Notes: a model not told the origin generated them from the sequence alone. A DNA stretch of 64,000 nt from an uncultured delta proteobacterium (GCA_963826785.1 CAWGYD010000006.1:832001-896000), one strand, 5' to 3'. Positions 8,795 through 20,486 are shown, numbered from the stretch's first letter. Made by a program: numbers and translations.

Positions 8795-11329
8795 CTATTT
8801 CCCCGCTCTCAGCACGAACACCCGGTCGTACTGCTTTTCAATATTTTCATCCGAAAATGCCATCTGCCGGGTTTCGGCGTTGCGCCAGGCGGGAATGCCG
8901 TCATCACAATGGGGGCTTGCCGGATTTCCGGACTGCCCCCCGCAGATGGTCAGAAACAGCGGTTCGTCCCGGCTGAAGTCCACCACCATGCGCATGGCGG
9001 GCACCAGCCAGACATCAAAATCCTGTCCTTTATAAAACCCGGCGACATTTATGGTGTTGATGCTTCCACCCGCCGGATAGGGCCCCCGGTCCGTGTATTT
9101 TCCGATCATCCAGACGGCCGCACGCTTCATCCATGGCAGTTTTTCGCGCATCTGGCTCAGCCCGGTCCGCCATGTGTAGGTGTGGAGATCGCCCCATTGC
9201 CAACTTTTCCGATCCCGGCCCAGCCGTCCTTCGGCATACCGCATGGAATTGGCCAGGGCCAGCGCCAGGATGTCGGCCTTGGTCTCTTTCCGGGAGGTAT
9301 AAATGTTGTCCCAGAAGGGGCTGTCCGCCCGTCCCAGCAGATGATCCTCATCCGGCGAATAGATGCCGCTGTTTAACACCATGTAGTTCTTCCAGGCCGA
9401 TTTGCCCTCCGGTCCGAGTTCGTCCAGGAACAGGCTGCGGATGAACATGTGCTGAAAGATGCCGAAAAAAGCCGCTCCCGGGGAATCGGCAGCCATGTTG
9501 CCGTCAAATTCAGCCAGCATCTCAAGCGCGGCATTGGCCCTGTCGATCTGATCGGGCTGGGGCAATGCCGCGATGGCTTTTCGGACATCTTCGGCCACAG
9601 GCGATTCAAACAGGAGCTTTTTGACCTTGGCGGCCAGCAGGTCATGCACATCGGCCTGCATGGCAACCGCGTCTTTCCAGGTGTATGCATCATTTTCGGA
9701 CAGCATCTGGCCGATGCGCTCGGCGCGTTCCGGCGCATACCAGGAAGACCCCAGAATCGGTTCGGTACCCGGTTCGATGGTCCGGTTGTTTGCCGTACAC
9801 AAGTAGCCCTGGCCCGGATTTTGCCGGTATGGCTGCTCGCTCTGGGGAAGATACCCTTCCCAATCGTATTCGTCGGTCCATCCCGGTGAGGGAAGATGGC
9901 CGCGCCCTTTCTTGCGGATCGGGTAGCACCCGGTCACCTGCCAGGCGATGTTCTTTTGATCCCCGTAGATAAAATTCAAATCCATGAACCGGACCTTTTC
10001 CAGCGCGGCCCGGGCTGCTTTCATGTCTTTGGCGGAAAAGAGTTCGTACATCCCGTTAAAGGAATCATCGGTTTGAAGCGATACGGTTTTAACGGCGATC
10101 CCATAGGGGGTGGGATCGATCCGGGGCGGGAGCGCCGGGTGGATCGGGTCGGCGGAAAGGGCTGAATTGAGCAGCGGCCCGTGGCCGGTGGCGTAAATTG
10201 TTCGGGTGGTCTCCTTTCCCCCTTTGGCCCGGAAGGTTTCACTGCGGGCCGAGGCCGGCAGCCATTTGTCCTGGTAAAGATAGTAGAGCCTGCCGTCGAT
10301 GGTTTTGAGTTTTTCCACGAAGAGGTCCTGGCTGTCGCCCATGACCATGGTCATCCCCCAGGCGACGTTTCCGTTGTAGCCGGCCACGATCCCGGGAATA
10401 CCCGGCATGGCGATGCCGGCGGCATGAAAGTCCGGGGTCTTTAACTGCATCATCATCCAGACCGGCGGTTGCTGCAGGGGAAGATGGGTGTCGTTGGCCA
10501 CGATGCTCGCCTTGTTTACGGTCCGCTCCGGTGCCACCGCCCAGTTGTTGGAGGCGGCAACCCCCAGCGGCATCAGGCAGGCCGCCATTTTTTCACCCAC
10601 CCGGGCAAGCGCACCGGCCTGGCCGGCCACGCCTTTCAGATCGAGCGCAGAGAGGGCCCCGGCCTTTTCAAAAGGGAGCTCCTCATCCGGATAGATGGGG
10701 AAAAGCCAGGCCGCTTTTTCGGCACCCAGGGTCTGGGCCAGATTCAAAAAAGCGATCTCTTCTCTCAGGTTGAACGACAGCCCCAGGTTAAGCACATTAA
10801 ATACGTGCAGGGAATTGATGGGCTGCCACGGTTCGGGGGTGTAGCCGGACAGCTTGAAATCAAGGGGCAGATGGTCCTTGTGAGCATCGATGTAGGCGTT
10901 GACCCCGTCCGAGAAGGCCGACAGCATCTTTTTGAGCGGATCGGAGAGCTGGTCATACTGTCTCTGTGCGATCCCGGGAAGATTGATCGTCCGGATATAA
11001 ATATCGAGATCGAGCGCCATGGGTCCGGCCATCTCGGCCAGCCGCCCCTGGCCGAACAGGGCGTAGTTGACCATCTGGGCCAGCCGGTCTGCGGCCATGA
11101 CATACCCGGCGGCATAGACCAGGTCGTGCATGTTCTGCGCGTCGATCACGGGAATGCCCAGTTCGTCCCGGCGCACGCGCACATCCTGCTCCAGTCCGCT
11201 GATGGTGGTCTCGCCCGTATCCGGCGCCACGGTGTCTCCCGGGCCGCAGCCGGGCATCAGCGCCAGAAAACATGAGATGAACAAGACGATTAGGCCGAAA
11301 CGCTTTTCCGAAAAAGAACACTTGCGCAT
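8795..11329 (-). CDS. Penicillin acylase / AHL acylase (QuiP-like) Ntn-hydrolase, probable lipoprotein
   Basis: RDELGIP, beta-subunit start ASNNWAV, ANDTHL, CTANN, GQSGNPASPH; signal peptide ending LALMPGC; start placed at MRKC. Confidence 0.88.
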   Translation of the reverse strand: MRKCSFSEKRFGLIVLFISCFLALMPGCGPGDTVAPDTGETTISGLEQDVRVRRDELGIPVIDAQNMHDLVYAAGYVMAADRLAQMVNYALFGQGRLAEMAGPMALDLDIYIRTINLPGIAQRQYDQLSDPLKKMLSAFSDGVNAYIDAHKDHLPLDFKLSGYTPEPWQPINSLHVFNVLNLGLSFNLREEIAFLNLAQTLGAEKAAWLFPIYPDEELPFEKAGALSALDLKGVAGQAGALARVGEKMAACLMPLGVAASNNWAVAPERTVNKASIVANDTHLPLQQPPVWMMMQLKTPDFHAAGIAMPGIPGIVAGYNGNVAWGMTMVMGDSQDLFVEKLKTIDGRLYYLYQDKWLPASARSETFRAKGGKETTRTIYATGHGPLLNSALSADPIHPALPPRIDPTPYGIAVKTVSLQTDDSFNGMYELFSAKDMKAARAALEKVRFMDLNFIYGDQKNIAWQVTGCYPIRKKGRGHLPSPGWTDEYDWEGYLPQSEQPYRQNPGQGYLCTANNRTIEPGTEPILGSSWYAPERAERIGQMLSENDAYTWKDAVAMQADVHDLLAAKVKKLLFESPVAEDVRKAIAALPQPDQIDRANAALEMLAEFDGNMAADSPGAAFFGIFQHMFIRSLFLDELGPEGKSAWKNYMVLNSGIYSPDEDHLLGRADSPFWDNIYTSRKETKADILALALANSMRYAEGRLGRDRKSWQWGDLHTYTWRTGLSQMREKLPWMKRAAVWMIGKYTDRGPYPAGGSINTINVAGFYKGQDFDVWLVPAMRMVVDFSRDEPLFLTICGGQSGNPASPHCDDGIPAWRNAETRQMAFSDENIEKQYDRVFVLRAGK

Positions 11330-11476
11330 AAATCCCCCCCGTGATGAATTTTTTCGGTGATGATAAGGAACTTTAACTTTATGTTTCAAATAGATCGATG
11401 ACAAGAAAAATTCGGAAATGACCACGGGCACGATCGGATGGACGAAAGATCCGGTAAAAGTTTGGACCCGGAAATC

Positions 11477-11507
11477 AAAAGCCCCGCAAGGGCGTTGCGG
11501 GGCTTTT
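11477..11507. terminator. Intrinsic terminator after the efflux operon (could act in both directions)
   Basis: aaaagccccgcaa-gggcg-ttgcggggctttt, perfect 13-bp stem. Confidence 0.85.
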
Positions 11508-11548
11508 AAGCATGACGATACAGCGTTGATGGATTTTGTGCCGCAGCG

Positions 11549-12981
11549 TCAATCGGCTGCCTGCGGCACGGCCGGACCGCCGCCGCCGCCCAGAACCGCA
11601 TAGAGCCGGACCTGGTTGGCGTATTGGGTGAGCCAGGTGAAGATAAGCCCCTGCTGTGCGGCATAGAGGGACCGCTGGGCGTCTAAGACCGTCAAAAAGG
11701 TGTCGATCCCCTTGGTGTATCGCGCATTGGAAAGCCGGTAGGCCGCCGCGGTGGCTTCCACCAGCGACTGCTGGGCCTCCATTTGATCCGAAATGGTCCC
11801 CCGTGTGGCCAGTGCATCGGCAACCTCCCTGAAGGCCGACTGGATCGCCCCTTCATACTGGGCCACCGCAATCTCGCGTTCCACCTTGGTCGCTTTCAGC
11901 GCCGGCCGGATGCGGGCGTCGAAGATCGGCATCACGATCTGGGCGCCGTAATTCCACAGGCCGGTGCCGGAATCGAACAGCCCGGAAAGATCATTGCTGG
12001 CGGTGCCGATGGAGGTGGTGAGCGAAATGCGGGGAAAAAAGCGGCCCGGGCCGCGCCGATGCTGGCATTGGCGGCCTTGAGCCGGTTTTCCGCGCCGAGA
12101 ATATCCGGGCGCAGCAGGAGAACTTCTGAAGATGTGCCGGGCGATACCTCGGCAAAGGGTTCGATGCCGCTCAACCCCTCGGGCAGCAGAACGGCCGGCA
12201 CGGTCAAACCCGCCAGCAGATCCAGTGCGTTTTTCGCCTGAGCCGCCAGCTCCGTGTACCGGGCCACATCCACGCGTGCCGCATCCACTCTCGTCTGGGC
12301 CTGCCACAGGTCCAGCTCGGGGGCGATGCCGATGTCAAAACGCCGTTTGACCAAATTATAGGTGGACTGCTGCGCCTCGAAGGTGGAGCGGGCCAGTTGC
12401 AGGGTTTCCAGGTCCGCGGCAAGGGTCAGGTAGGTATTGGCCACTTCGGATACCAGCAGAATCTGCGCGCTGCGGCGGGCCTGTTCCGTGGCGAGGTACT
12501 CTTCCAGGGCCCGCTTTTCCAGGCTGCGGATACGGCCGAAAAAATCGATTTCCCAGGCGCTGATGCTCAGATCCGCGCTGAACTGCTTCCGGGTCGTCGA
12601 TGCCCCGGATCGGGAGAGATCGGGCGAAACGCGCTGGCGGCTGCCGCCGGCCCCCGCATCGATGGTCGGCAGAAGCTCTGCCCTCTGGATACGGTACAGC
12701 GCCCGCACCCGCGCCACATTCAGGGCCGCCACCCGCAGATCACGATTGTTGGCCAGGGCCGTGTCGATGATGGTCTGCAGCCGTTTATCCGTCACAAACT
12801 GCCGCCACTGCAGGTCGGCGGCAATGGGGGCCGCCTGCGGCGCACCGGTCTCCGGGTACGCCGGTCCGTTGGGCCAGTTTTGGGGAACCGGCGCTTCGGG
12901 CCGGGTGTATGTGGGGATCATGGTGCAGCCGGCGAGAAAAACGGTCGTTGCTGCCAGAAGTGAAATTATGCTTCGTATCAT
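11549..12981 (-). CDS. RND efflux outer-membrane lipoprotein (OprM/NodT-like), 1-bp frameshift near 12031-12040
   Basis: LAGC lipobox, WEIDFFGR. ARAAFFP|RISLT is split over two frames at a C4/T6 homopolymer; restoring one base gives about 477 aa. Confidence 0.88.
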
Positions 12982-12982
12982 G

Positions 12983-15900
12983 TTATCGTTCCTCCCCGGA
13001 ATCTGCGGCTGCCTGATCTTCCTGCTTCCTGCTGAATAACTGAACCACCATGACGAAGAAGAGGGGGATGAAGAAGATGGCCAGGAAGGTGGCCGTCACC
13101 ATTCCGCCCAGAACGCCGGTGCCGATGGCCATCTGCGCCCCTGCGCCCGCGCCCGAGGCCATGGCCAGGGGAAGAACACCGAATCCGAAGGCGAGAGAGG
13201 TCATCACGATGGGCCGAAGCCGCAGTTTCGCACCTTCCAGCGTGGCCTCGATCAGCCCCATGCCTTCTTCCATCTTGGTCTTGGCGAACTGAACGATCAA
13301 AATGGCGTTTTTGGTGGTCAGCCCCAGCACGGTGAGCAGTCCGATCTGGAAATACACGTCGTTGGGAAAACTCCGGAACGACGTGGCCGCCACGCCGCCG
13401 ATCACGCCCAGCGGCAGGGCCAGCAGGATGGTGATGGGAATGGTCCAGCTTTCGTACAGGGCGGCCAGGCACAGGAAAATCACGATCATGGAAAAAGCGT
13501 AGAGCACCGGTGCCTGGGACTTGGCCATCCGTTCCTGGTAGGAGATGCCGGTCCAGTCGAAACCGATCCCCTTGGGCAGCTTCGAGGCGATTTCTTCCAT
13601 GGCCGCCATGGCCTCCCCGGAACTTTTTCCCTGGGGCGGCTCCCCCCAGATGTTGACGGAGGAAAAGCTGTTGAACCGCTCGAGCTTGGGGGCGCCCTGG
13701 AACCAGTGGCCGGTGGCGAAGGCGGAAAAGGGGGTCATGGTCCCGGAGGCATTCCGGACATAGAGCTTTTCGATGTCTTTCGGCAGCATGCGGTAGGGGG
13801 CGTCGGCCTGGACAAACACCCGCTTGACCCGTCCGCCCTGGATAAAATCGTTCACATAGGCCCCGCCGAAGGATGCCGCGATCGTGTTGTGGATGGAATT
13901 GATGGGAACCCCCAGGGCACCGGCCTTTTCCCAGTCCACGTCGATCCGGTACTGGGGCACGTCCTCCAGTCCGTTGGGGCGGACCCGGGTCAGCCTCGGG
14001 TCCTGGGCGGCCATGCCCAGCAGCTGGTTGCGGGCCGCCATGAGGGCCTGGTGGCCCAGTCCCCCCCGGTCCTGCAGCTGGAAATCGAACCCGCCCGCCT
14101 GTCCGAGCTCGACCACGGCCGGGGGCGGAAACGCGAACACGCGGGCGTTTCTGATTTTGGAGAATCTGGCCATGGCCCGTCCCACCAGTGCGTTGACTTT
14201 TAAATCATCCCGGTTGCGCAGGCCCCAGTCCTTGAGATTGACAAATGCCATGCCCACGTTCTGGCCGCTTCCGGAAAAGCTTCGGCCGGCCAGGGTGAAG
14301 CAGGAGTTCACCGCCTCTTTTTCATCATTTACAAAATGGTCCCGGACCTGGGCCATGACCGCATCGGTCTGCTCCAGGGTGGAGCCGGCCGGCAGCATGG
14401 CCTGGACGAACATGATCCCCTGGTCCTCGTTGGGGAGATAGGCGGTGGGCATCCGCTGGTACAGAAACCCCAGGGCCCCCACCACCAGAAGATAGACGAA
14501 CAGGTAGCGCAGTTTGCGGTTGAGGATATGGCCCACCAGGGCCTGGTACCTGTTTCTGATTTTCAAGAATGTCCGGTCGAACCACAGAAAGAAGGGCCGG
14601 AACAGAAAAAATCCGGTTTCCGCGCACTCGTGCCCCTTGGTCACCGGCTTGAGCAGCGATGCGCACAGCACCGGCGTCAGGATCAGGGCCACCGCCACCG
14701 ACAGCAGCATGGCGGCAATGACGGTGACGGAAAACTGGCGGTAGATGACGCCGGTGGAGCCGCCGAAAAAGGCCATGGGGCCGAACACCGCCGAGAGCAC
14801 CAGCCCGATGCCGACCAGTGCGCTGGTGATCTCCCGCATGGACTTGCGGGTGGCCTCCTTGGGGCCAAGCCCCTCCTCGCTCATGACCCGCTCCACGTTT
14901 TCCACCACCACAATGGCATCGTCCACCAGCAGGCCGATGGCCAGCACCATGGCGAACATGGTCAGCATGTTGATGTTGAATCCCAGGAATCCAAGGACGG
15001 CAAACGTCCCCAGGATGACCACCGGCACCGCCAGGGTGGGAATCAGGGTGGCCCGGATATTCCCTAAAAAGAGGTACATAACCAGAAAGACCAGCAGAAT
15101 CGCCTCGAACAGGGTTTTGACCACTTCATCGATGGCGACCCGCACGAAGGGGGTCGTATCATAGGGATAGATCACCTTCATGCCCGGGGGGAAGTACCGG
15201 GAAAGTTCGGCCATCTTGGCTTTTACGGCATCTGCCGTATCGAGCGCGTTGGCGCCGGGGGCCTGCCGGACGGCCAGGCCGGCCGCGGGCTGGCCGTTGT
15301 ACAGGGTATGGCTCCCGTATCGCTCGGCGCCCAGCTCCGTCCGTCCCACGTCGCTTACCCGCACGACCGAGCCGTCGGGGTTGGTGCGAAGCGGTATGGC
15401 GGCAAATTCTTCCGGGGTCCGGAGCAGGTTCTGCACGATAATGGAAGCGTTGAGCCGCTGGCCGTCCACGGCCGGGGCCCCGCCGAACTGGCCGGCGGAA
15501 ATTTCCACGTTGTAGGCCTGAAGCCCCCGGATGACATCTTCCACGGTCATCTGGTAGTCGGTCAGCTTGTCGGGATTGAGCCAGATGCGCATGGCATACT
15601 GGGAGCCGAACACCTCCACTTCACCCACGCCCGGCACCCGCGCCAGCACCTGCTGAACGCTGGACTGGGCATAATCCGACAGATCATAATCGTCCATGCT
15701 GCCGTCCTGGGAGGTCAGTCCCACGATGATCAGCCAGTTCCGGGTGGACTTGCTCACCTTGACGCCCTGGCGCTGCACCACATCGGGCAGGCTCGCCATG
15801 GCCAGCTGCAGCTTGTTCTGCACCTGGGCCCAGGCGAGGTCCGGATCGGTGCCCGGGGCAAAGGTCAGCTCGATTCTGCCGGCGCCGGAGGCATCACTGG

Positions 15901-16144
15901 TGGCGGACATGTACAGCAGTTTATCAAATCCGGTCATCTTCTGTTCGATGATCTGAACCACGCTGTCTTCCACGGTCTGGGCGGAGGCCCCGGGATAAAA
16001 GGCGTCGATGGCGATGGAAGGGGGGGCGATGGGCGGATATTGGGAAATGGGCAGATGATAGATTGCCAGCGCCCCCGCGAGCATGATGATGATGGCGATC
16101 ACCCAGGCAAAGACCGGGCGGTCCAGAAAAAAATTCGACAGCAT
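12983..16144 (-). CDS. HAE1-family RND efflux permease (AcrB/MexB-like)
   Basis: [46 protein letters not shown]; 1053 aa. Confidence 0.96.
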   Translation of the reverse strand: MLSNFFLDRPVFAWVIAIIIMLAGALAIYHLPISQYPPIAPPSIAIDAFYPGASAQTVEDSVVQIIEQKMTGFDKLLYMSATSDASGAGRIELTFAPGTDPDLAWAQVQNKLQLAMASLPDVVQRQGVKVSKSTRNWLIIVGLTSQDGSMDDYDLSDYAQSSVQQVLARVPGVGEVEVFGSQYAMRIWLNPDKLTDYQMTVEDVIRGLQAYNVEISAGQFGGAPAVDGQRLNASIIVQNLLRTPEEFAAIPLRTNPDGSVVRVSDVGRTELGAERYGSHTLYNGQPAAGLAVRQAPGANALDTADAVKAKMAELSRYFPPGMKVIYPYDTTPFVRVAIDEVVKTLFEAILLVFLVMYLFLGNIRATLIPTLAVPVVILGTFAVLGFLGFNINMLTMFAMVLAIGLLVDDAIVVVENVERVMSEEGLGPKEATRKSMREITSALVGIGLVLSAVFGPMAFFGGSTGVIYRQFSVTVIAAMLLSVAVALILTPVLCASLLKPVTKGHECAETGFFLFRPFFLWFDRTFLKIRNRYQALVGHILNRKLRYLFVYLLVVGALGFLYQRMPTAYLPNEDQGIMFVQAMLPAGSTLEQTDAVMAQVRDHFVNDEKEAVNSCFTLAGRSFSGSGQNVGMAFVNLKDWGLRNRDDLKVNALVGRAMARFSKIRNARVFAFPPPAVVELGQAGGFDFQLQDRGGLGHQALMAARNQLLGMAAQDPRLTRVRPNGLEDVPQYRIDVDWEKAGALGVPINSIHNTIAASFGGAYVNDFIQGGRVKRVFVQADAPYRMLPKDIEKLYVRNASGTMTPFSAFATGHWFQGAPKLERFNSFSSVNIWGEPPQGKSSGEAMAAMEEIASKLPKGIGFDWTGISYQERMAKSQAPVLYAFSMIVIFLCLAALYESWTIPITILLALPLGVIGGVAATSFRSFPNDVYFQIGLLTVLGLTTKNAILIVQFAKTKMEEGMGLIEATLEGAKLRLRPIVMTSLAFGFGVLPLAMASGAGAGAQMAIGTGVLGGMVTATFLAIFFIPLFFVMVVQLFSRKQEDQAAADSGEER

Positions 16145-16158
16145 TGAGCGCTCCTCTC

Positions 16159-17373
16159 TTACTTCGATTCAGCAGGCGCGCCCGATTCGGGAGCTTCTGC
16201 GCCGGCTTCAGTGCGGTTCAGGGGAACGGCTTTCACGGTTGCACCGGGCCGGATGCTCAACATGCCCTCGACGATCACCCGGTCACCGCCCGAAAGTCCG
16301 GCGGAGACGAGCCACTGGTCGCCGATGGCGCGATTGAGGGTGAGCATCCGCTGCTGGACCTTGCCGGATTCATCCACCACCAGCGAGACGGGATCCCCCT
16401 TGGGCGTACGGCTCACCCCCTGCTGGGGCACCAGGATGGCCTGTTCGGCAATCCCCTCCTGAATCACCGCGCGCACGAACATGCCCGGCAGGAGCAGATT
16501 ATGCGGGTTGGGGACCACGATGCGCAGGGTGAAGGAGCCGGTTGCCGGGTCCACGGTGACATCGCGGAATTGCAGGGCGCCTTCGATGGGGTAGGGCGTT
16601 CCGTCTTCCAGGAGGATGCGGACCTTTTTACCGTTATTGTCATCGGCGGTGAGTTCTCCGGTGGCCAGATTCCGCCTCAGCCGCAGCAGTTCGGCGGATG
16701 ATTGGGTGACATCCACGTAAATGGGGTCCATCTGCTGAATGGTGGCCAGGGGGGTCGGCTGGTAAGCAGTCACCAGCGCGCCGCCGGTGATGCCGGATCG
16801 GCCGATGCGTCCGGAGATGGGCGCGGTGACACGGGTATAATCCAGGTTGATGCGGGCGGCTTCAACCGCTGTCTTCCAGTATTCGATTTCGGCCCGGGCC
16901 TGTTGCACGGCGGCGGCCGCATCATCGTATTCCTGCTGGCTGACGGCATTGTCCGCAATCAGCTCCTTGTACCGTTCGGCCCTCGAGCGGGTCGAGGGGA
17001 GATTGGCCTGCGCCTTGCCCAAAGAGGCTTTCGCAGAATCATAGGCCACCTGGAAAGGGGCGGGATCGATCTGGTACAGGAGATCGCCGGCCTTGACATC
17101 GGAGCCCTCCTGAAACAGGCGCTTCTGTATGATGCCGTTCACCTGCGGCCGGATTTCGGAAACCAGGCAGGCGGCGGTCCGGCCCGGCAGTTCGGTGGTC
17201 AGTTCCACCGCCTGCGGTTCAATGGTCACAAAGGCCACTTCCGGAACCGGAGGGGGCCCGGCCTGCTGCCCGTGACTGCTGTTTTCACACCCCGCCAGCA
17301 AAAGGGCGCCCGCCGCGGCCGCCAGAATCATCCGCCATGAGAGCGGCAGAAAACATTTCTTGTTTGGTTGCAT
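16159..17373 (-). CDS. RND periplasmic adaptor subunit (AcrA/MexA-like lipoprotein)
   Basis: LAGC lipobox, [35 protein letters not shown] before MQPN. Confidence 0.94.
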   Translation of the reverse strand: MQPNKKCFLPLSWRMILAAAAGALLLAGCENSSHGQQAGPPPVPEVAFVTIEPQAVELTTELPGRTAACLVSEIRPQVNGIIQKRLFQEGSDVKAGDLLYQIDPAPFQVAYDSAKASLGKAQANLPSTRSRAERYKELIADNAVSQQEYDDAAAAVQQARAEIEYWKTAVEAARINLDYTRVTAPISGRIGRSGITGGALVTAYQPTPLATIQQMDPIYVDVTQSSAELLRLRRNLATGELTADDNNGKKVRILLEDGTPYPIEGALQFRDVTVDPATGSFTLRIVVPNPHNLLLPGMFVRAVIQEGIAEQAILVPQQGVSRTPKGDPVSLVVDESGKVQQRMLTLNRAIGDQWLVSAGLSGGDRVIVEGMLSIRPGATVKAVPLNRTEAGAEAPESGAPAESK

Positions 17374-17423
17374 CAAAGACCTCCGGAATATTGAAGATGA
17401 GCGGATTGCGTACGCATACGGAT

Positions 17424-18047
17424 TCATGAATTGAGTAGACCTTTTAAAAAAATATCTAAGACGTCATCCGGATTTTCCGGATAGGGATGGCGCTCGGGCG
17501 CATCGAGCCAGAGAAGAAGAAACGCATCGAGGGCGCTGTCGAGGGCCACGGCCAAATGAAAAGGATCGGCGATGGGCTTGAACCGTCCGTTTTTGATTCC
17601 ATTTTCGAAAATCGAGGCAAGCCCCTCCAAAAAGACGTAAGATCGTTTTCGGATCTCATCATCGAGGCCGGCCTTGATGTTGAAACTCGCGCCCCGGCGC
17701 TCGGCCAGAAACAGGCGCACAAAAGCAAGGTTTGTGCGAAACTGGTCGCCTTTTGCCCGGATGTAATTGCGCAGCCGTTCAATCTCGTCATCCGATTCTT
17801 CGATGGATTTTGTGACTGCGCTCTCAAACTCATCGCATTGCTCCAGAACCAGTGCTTTGTACAGATCTTCCTTGTTCTGAAAAAACTTGTACAGCGTGCC
17901 GATGGCAAACTCGGCCTTTTCGGCGATTTCATGCATGGAGACGTTGTGATACCCCTTCTGCGAGAAAAGGTCAAAGGCCGCAGAAAGCATGTCGCAGCGC
18001 TGCCGTATTTTCTCCCGGGCCCGTCTCGAAAGGTTCTGGTTTTTCAT
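17424..18047 (-). CDS. TetR/AcrR family regulator
   Basis: N-terminal HTH LFSQKGY..VSMHEIAEKAEFAIGTLYKFF; first gene of the efflux operon. Confidence 0.93.
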   Translation of the reverse strand: MKNQNLSRRAREKIRQRCDMLSAAFDLFSQKGYHNVSMHEIAEKAEFAIGTLYKFFQNKEDLYKALVLEQCDEFESAVTKSIEESDDEIERLRNYIRAKGDQFRTNLAFVRLFLAERRGASFNIKAGLDDEIRKRSYVFLEGLASIFENGIKNGRFKPIADPFHLAVALDSALDAFLLLWLDAPERHPYPENPDDVLDIFLKGLLNS

Positions 18048-18098
18048 TGCCGGTTCTTCTGGGGGGTGAATTTGATTTCAGAAAGTGAATGAGGCGTC

Positions 18099-18127
18099 AC
18101 AATATTTAATTGCGCGCAGATTGTCAA
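18099..18127 (-). promoter_or_regulatory. Putative sigma70 promoter of the tetR-RND operon
   Basis: TTGACA-17 nt-TATTGT on the minus strand, followed by a GTGA-N8-TCAC pseudo-palindrome (possible operator). Confidence 0.6.
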
Positions 18128-18193
18128 AGAAAATTATACTGTTTGCGGTTTTTGCGCTTAAAGGCGGGCGTCTGCCGAAAAAAAAGGGGACGG

Positions 18194-19304
18194 ATGTGAT
18201 TAGGGGACGGTCATGCATGAATGCACAACTTTCTACTTTTCCAGCTTAAACCCATGCCGAATGACCCATTTTTCTCCCCGGCTCACGGCGCGGCTGACAG
18301 CCGATTGGCTCAAACTCAGTTTGAGCCCCGCTTCCGTTCCGGTCATCCCCAGTTCCCGAACCGCCCAGTAGGCAACCACACTTCTTGCTGCCGAACGTTT
18401 TGGCGAACGGCTTGGCTGGAGAATCATTTCCATCGGCATATCAAATATTTCCGAGACGCGGTGCAAAACCTCTTCAAAACCAAAATTCCCGGCCCGGAGA
18501 CGATATTTCCGCTCCAAGGTTTCTGCGGCGGCTTTCAAAACGGATTGGACGTATTCCGCATCCCCTAAGATCCGTTCATCACCTTTCAAGTGCGTCTGCA
18601 TCCGGCGCCGGGATTTTAGCTCCCGCCATCCGCCCATGCTTCTGACCAGTCCGCCGCCGGTCAATTCCGGACGCTTTCCCTGGGAAATCCCTTTTTCGAC
18701 AAACCGGCGGTATTCCGCTCTGGCAGACGATGTATGCGAACCAAACATCCCCAAAACGGCATCCGTAGCCTGCCATTGATCGGCTGCACGTCCCATGAGG
18801 CGGCTATGGCCGCAATACCGGTAGCCATCCAGAGCATCAAGGTCCGCCATAATCCCTGCCCGCAAAGGGTTTAAATGAATGTATCGCACCAGCTCTTTCA
18901 AATAAGCATCTTCCTGGCACAAAATCGACTTGTACCGGTTTTGAAACAAATGTCCTCGTCGCTTGTGCCGGCGGTTGAATGCGCCTGCATATCCAGTCAG
19001 CAGCCGGCGCATGACCGTGGCAATCGGAACATTGCCTGTTCTCAAAAGCAGATGAAAGTGGTTGGGCATCAGGGCCCATGCATAACACAAAGTCCGGGTG
19101 TCGGCGATGATCGTGCTCAGTCGATCAACAAAATCATTCCGGTCGGTGTTGTTTCTGAAAATATTCCGCCCCTCGATTCCCCTGCCCATGATGTGGTGCA
19201 GGGCGCCGGGCGCATCTATCCTGGATCGTCTCGGCATGACTAACGGATATCATCCTTGAAGCGGCAAATCAACGCATTTGCGCATGACCGTCCCCATAAC
19301 ACAT
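18194..19304. mobile_element. RAYT-type element bounded by imperfect 31-bp inverted repeats
   Basis: 18194-18224 matches the reverse complement of 19274-19304 at 25/31 positions, with a perfect 14-bp core GGGGACGGTCATGC. Confidence 0.7.
18233..19237 (-). CDS. REP-associated tyrosine (Y1/HUH) transposase with C-terminal HTH
   Basis: MPRRSR...HHIMGRG, HUH in LMPNHFHLL, HLFQNRYKS, catalytic Tyr in YIHLNP; C-terminal helix-turn-helix (LSLSQSAVSRAV). Confidence 0.9.
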   Translation of the reverse strand: MPRRSRIDAPGALHHIMGRGIEGRNIFRNNTDRNDFVDRLSTIIADTRTLCYAWALMPNHFHLLLRTGNVPIATVMRRLLTGYAGAFNRRHKRRGHLFQNRYKSILCQEDAYLKELVRYIHLNPLRAGIMADLDALDGYRYCGHSRLMGRAADQWQATDAVLGMFGSHTSSARAEYRRFVEKGISQGKRPELTGGGLVRSMGGWRELKSRRRMQTHLKGDERILGDAEYVQSVLKAAAETLERKYRLRAGNFGFEEVLHRVSEIFDMPMEMILQPSRSPKRSAARSVVAYWAVRELGMTGTEAGLKLSLSQSAVSRAVSRGEKWVIRHGFKLEK

Positions 19305-19328
19305 GATTCATAACAATAACGCATTGCT

Positions 19329-20486
19329 TCAGGTTGGCTGGATCGCCTTCTGCAAATCCTGAATTTCGGTAACTGAATGAACTGAAACGTTTTTTTCTGC
19401 CGGATAGGAATGTTCACCCGGGTAAATGATCCAGAGATGATCCAGTTTGAGAGTGGCCAGTGCGGCGTGCATCGATTTTGTCAGCACCGGTGATTCGGAA
19501 AACTTCACCTCTATGCCATAGCGCTTGCCCTGATGCATAAAAAAACAATCAAGCTCAGCACCGCTGTGGGTGCTCCAGAAATAGGCCTGGGAAGGTCTGA
19601 TGATCCGCAGCACCTGTTCAATAACGAAGCCTTCCCAGGAGGGTCCCACCTGCGGATGTCCCAATAAAACATGCATATCTGCAAAATCGAGAAGTCCATG
19701 CAGAATCCCCGAGTCCCTGATATAAATTTTAGGAGATTTAACCTGGCGTTTGGATATATTTTCAAACCAAGGCTGCAGCTGGCGCACCATGAATGTTCCG
19801 GCAAGGATATCCAGGTAGGAGCGAATGGTTTTGTCCGACAATCCCATTGAACGCGCCAGTTTAGAGGCATTCCAGACCTGTCCGTGAGAATGGGCCAGCA
19901 TGGTCCAGAAACGGCGCATGGCCGCCGAAGAAATGGATATTCCCAACTGCGGCATGTCCCGTTCCAGAAAAGTTCTGATAAATCCCTCGCGCCATGCCCT
20001 GCTGTCTTCATCCGAGCCCGCAAGATAAGAACGGGGGAATCCACCGCGGAGCCAGATTTCTCGCCAGTTCGTTTTTCCGATTTCCAGCAGGTCAAATCCG
20101 GACAGTTCAATAAATTCCACCCGGCCCGCCAGCGATTCTGAAACATTTTTAACAATTTCAGGGGATGCGCTCCCCAGCACCAGGAATCTGGCTTTATTTT
20201 CAGGCCGGTCCACCAGCACCCGGAGCACATTGAAAAGCTCCGGAATTGCTTGGATTTCATCAAGGATTACGAGGCCCTTCGCTCCGCCCAATACAAGTTC
20301 CGGATTCTGGAGGCGCTGCTGGTCCGGTCTTGATTCCAGATCATAGTAGATGGCATTTCTTTCCTTGCCGAACATTCTGGCAAGCGTCGTTTTACCGCAT
20401 TGACGAGGGCCGAGGAGTGCCGTGACCGGAGACCGGCGCAGTGCGGTATTGAGTTGCTGAATATAAAAAGGCCTTTCAATGATCAT
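19329..20486 (-). CDS. AAA_14 ATPase-wHTH-DUF4143 protein with C-terminal PD-(D/E)XK-like motif
   Basis: GPRQCGKTT, ILDEIQ, LGSAS, ESLAGR, GGFP, KSPKIYIRDSG, ELD..IEVK. Confidence 0.9.
   Translation of the reverse strand: MIIERPFYIQQLNTALRRSPVTALLGPRQCGKTTLARMFGKERNAIYYDLESRPDQQRLQNPELVLGGAKGLVILDEIQAIPELFNVLRVLVDRPENKARFLVLGSASPEIVKNVSESLAGRVEFIELSGFDLLEIGKTNWREIWLRGGFPRSYLAGSDEDSRAWREGFIRTFLERDMPQLGISISSAAMRRFWTMLAHSHGQVWNASKLARSMGLSDKTIRSYLDILAGTFMVRQLQPWFENISKRQVKSPKIYIRDSGILHGLLDFADMHVLLGHPQVGPSWEGFVIEQVLRIIRPSQAYFWSTHSGAELDCFFMHQGKRYGIEVKFSESPVLTKSMHAALATLKLDHLWIIYPGEHSYPAEKNVSVHSVTEIQDLQKAIQPT

Noticed and set aside
7861..8976. 371-aa plus-strand ORF and other long antisense ORFs (e.g. 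31793-33178, 55792-57003, 60910-62016)
   Set aside because: These are shadow ORFs opposite well-supported genes in high-GC DNA, with no motifs.
2594..19304. The RAYT as mobiliser of the C/G-run palindromes
   Set aside because: The RAYT flanks (GGGGACGGTCATGC) share no clear sequence with those elements, so the link is unsupported.
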